Assembly: GCA_951406725.2 (NCBI GenBank)
Contig: OX597821.1
Location: 7,688,001 to 7,752,000, forward strand
Source of the DNA: Octopus vulgaris
Lineage: Eukaryota
Direction: 5' to 3'
DNA: 64,000 nucleotides
The first letter of the stretch is position 1; each line of letters starts with the position of its first letter. Under the pieces are notes generated by a model. It was not told the DNA's origin. It ran no database searches and saw only the letters and a list, made by a program, of their open reading frames with translations. The position numbers and the translations under genes were made by a program. This document shows, one piece after another, positions 60,933 to 64,000 of this stretch.

Positions 60933-63900
60933 ATTAAAGTATTGATATTTTTCACTGTTTGAATGTAAAGTATATTGGCATTACTGCAAAACAGCTATTA
61001 TTCATGAAATTAATAATCACATTACAAGCTCACCATACGTTGAATGATTAGGAATTAAAGATTTAAATGGTCAAAATATTTCAATCATTACTACTAGCTA
61101 CAAATAATTATGTGAAACATATAAACAAACATACTGAAACATATGATACAGTAGCTAAAATAATACATGTGGAACTTGTCACTTGCAAAGTACAAAAGTT
61201 AAATGGTGAATGCCCACACAAACACCATAAAAATACTGCACAAACTGGATAGATATAAATGTCTATCTTAAAACATATACACATAAGTTTGTAAGGATGA
61301 TATTTAACAGATTAATAATTTCAAAAAATACACATGGGATGGAGAAATGGATAAAATCAATTGAAATAACATATCTGTTCTCCATGAACTTGGTTTTAAG
61401 CAAATGAAAACAATGTTGAGATATAATATATCGAAATGAATGTTGTATTAAAGAAATACCTCTAGATAGATAGATAGATAGATATGTCTAACAGGCTGCT
61501 TTGAATCAATTTTCTTCCCATAACAAAATTATCAATTTGTCTCTTGCAAATTTTACAACTTATAATTATTAAAATAAAGTACAAATAAGTGAAAGTCCAA
61601 GTCCATTTCTAACTGAGCAGTTTGTAAAACAAATATGTATTTATAAAATCGTTTACACTATGGGTAAACCAATTTCTCTTTTAGACTTAATCCTTCCTTG
61701 TTAGTTAATTTTAAAAACATCCTATCTGATTTATGACTGGAGACCAAACGAAAATGAAAGAACCTTTTTTTTTTTGTCATAACAAAATTTTTTTTCAATT
61801 TCATTATGAAGAAATTAAAAAAATAAATTCAAGATTTTAGTCAGAGCCTGTAATCTGAAAGTGTTGTTTCTGTGTACATGAATGCCAATGCATAGATAGA
61901 CAAACACACAAGCATGCAGCACAGGATAAGTGGTCTTTCTGCTCATCAAACTCACAAGCCTGACAAACCTTTCCGTTTAAGTGGTTCATAAAAACACTAA
62001 CAATGCTGACATATTGATATCCCAATTAAAAATATTATGGTTTGAACAAAAATCAAGTCCATGGAGATAAGATATGAATGTATAGAACATTTTAGAAGTA
62101 AACAACCAGCACATGAATCTCTTGAGAAATACAAGGCCAATATTGGTTTCACAAGAATCACTCGTTTTTATCTGCAAGTGACTCTAGACTGCTGGTGGCA
62201 TAAAGAGTGGAAACATTCACACACCAACATACTAAGATTTATAAGTAATCTCACACAATGAACCAAGTTTACTAATTTTAATATGTAAACTTCAACTTAA
62301 TATGACAGGGTCATTCCATACACAAAAAGAAAAGTAACAAAAAAAAAAAGTCACTATCAATATGTTTAATAATTATTTAGTTAACTACAAAGTTTTAGAT
62401 ATTCAAAGAGATTACAGAACTGAAGGCTACAAAACATACTAAAACATAATGTTATTTTAGCAAGATTGTATTAATTTAAAATAATTGTCAATGTTAATAA
62501 AAGATGTTAACTGAGAACAATAGAAATTGCCGTTTAGTGCCAACTGAATATTTTAAGTTAAATATCTTTGTAACATCAACTGATATTAGTTTGGTTTTGT
62601 CAGTTTTAATATGAGCCACAAGGAATAATTATGCAAAATATTAAAATTGCACATAATATAAATTCAATTGTAAAAGAAAATGGGCTCGTTAGCTTTGATT
62701 TATTGTTTTGATTTTTTACTTAAATTTGATTATAAATAAGTTGCAGAAGTTTCTATTAAAAGTGAAATTACAAGTGAAAAATGTAAACTACAGCTAAAAG
62801 TAGTTCTAAAAATTAAACATGGCAAAATTACTTACATGCAGATGGAATATCATTCAAAAAAGATTCTAAAAGTTGACACGACTAATACATTATTATCATA
62901 TGCAAATATTTTAAACTAACAACTATTAAGAAATTATAGAAATATAAGGCATTAAATTTAACATTTAATATTAACTTTTAATAAAAACTTAACTAAATAT
63001 CTATATATTTATGTGGAACCTTTTTTAAAAAAAAAAGATTAAAAAATGAAAATTACAAAATTTTCTAACAGTTATTATTGTTATTATTATTATGACATGG
63101 AATGGAATGACCCCAATTAGATTATCATGTAAAAACCCTAACAAAGTTCATTCAAACAAAAGATACAGAAGAAACAAATACCAGTCACTGATATAGCCTA
63201 TTGGCTATGTATGCGCCAGAGCAATTCGTCTGGAATGGCTGACGAAATATCCATAACTCAATGCAACTGAGACTGCACATCGACAAATTCAACCTCGGGC
63301 CTTACTTGACTGTAACTGCAAGGCTTTCTTTTGAAAGGGACATAAAATTATTCATCAGAAAAATATTGAAACTCAAACACTTTTTAAATAGTTAGAACAT
63401 CATAAAAATTGGGTTGACTTGCAGTTCACCAGCCTCTTGTGTTAAATACAACATCACAGATAGAACAGCTGCTCTAACAAGTTTTAAACCTATTCTAGAT
63501 ACATATATATATATACATATGAGAGTTACAACTATGAAGATTACTAACTAATAAAATACACTTAAATTATTTAGATGGAAACTGATAATAATTATTACTT
63601 TCTTATTTAAAGTTCATTACAATGATATTTTTAAAATTGTTCATTTATTTACAGTTCCTCAATAAAGCTAATTATAAAATTATGCTTAATATAAACATTT
63701 ACTTAGAATTTAATAAACTTATTTAAAAAAATTAAGGAAATGAATTATCATAGATACTATATTTTATCTCATTTAACAGTTAACAGAAATAACTAAAAAC
63801 CTAGTAAAAATTCATTTTAAATATTAAAAGTATGTGATGTATAAAATATTTATATGTAAAAAAAAAAAAGCAAAAGAAAAATTTAAAAAATAAAAAACTT

Positions 63901-64000
63901 ATCTCTAGCGACTGGCAAACTGCAATCTACCCAAACATTCTTATGAACACTTACAATTTTAACAAATGTGAGAACAGTTACAAAATTACTTCAGTGAAAA

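Overview
AT-rich, repeat-dense animal genomic DNA. The SINE families and the heavy (TA)n/(CA)n load suggest a cephalopod, probably Octopus (inference). Two intron-rich genes converge. On + is the 3' half of a GRK4/5/6-subfamily G protein-coupled receptor kinase: 8 clear coding exons from 1236 to 23993, a probable terminal exon at 38422, and a long U-rich 3' UTR to about 41.25 kb. On - is the 3' part of TCERG1/CA150 (FF-repeat region): 7 exons from 53664 down to the stop at 42991, with a >10 kb upstream intron running off the window. Introns hold tRNA-derived SINEs, TTAA- and hAT-type MITEs, one non-autonomous Helitron, LINE remnants, a decayed mariner, Penelope-like pieces and many fold-back elements. 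Most interesting: (1) candidate poison exon, microexon and decoy splice sites in the long TCERG1 intron; (2) a 133-bp, 100% identical inverted repeat bracketing a frameshifting 101-nt TCERG1 exon; (3) candidate alternative GRK C-termini, one ending in a class I PDZ motif (-STDV) and one inside a ~380-nt hairpin; (4) several minimal hammerhead-like motifs; (5) many long hairpins that could be ADAR substrates. All calls were made by eye. Repeat boundaries are approximate. Most ORFs in the supplied track are repeat or microsatellite artefacts.
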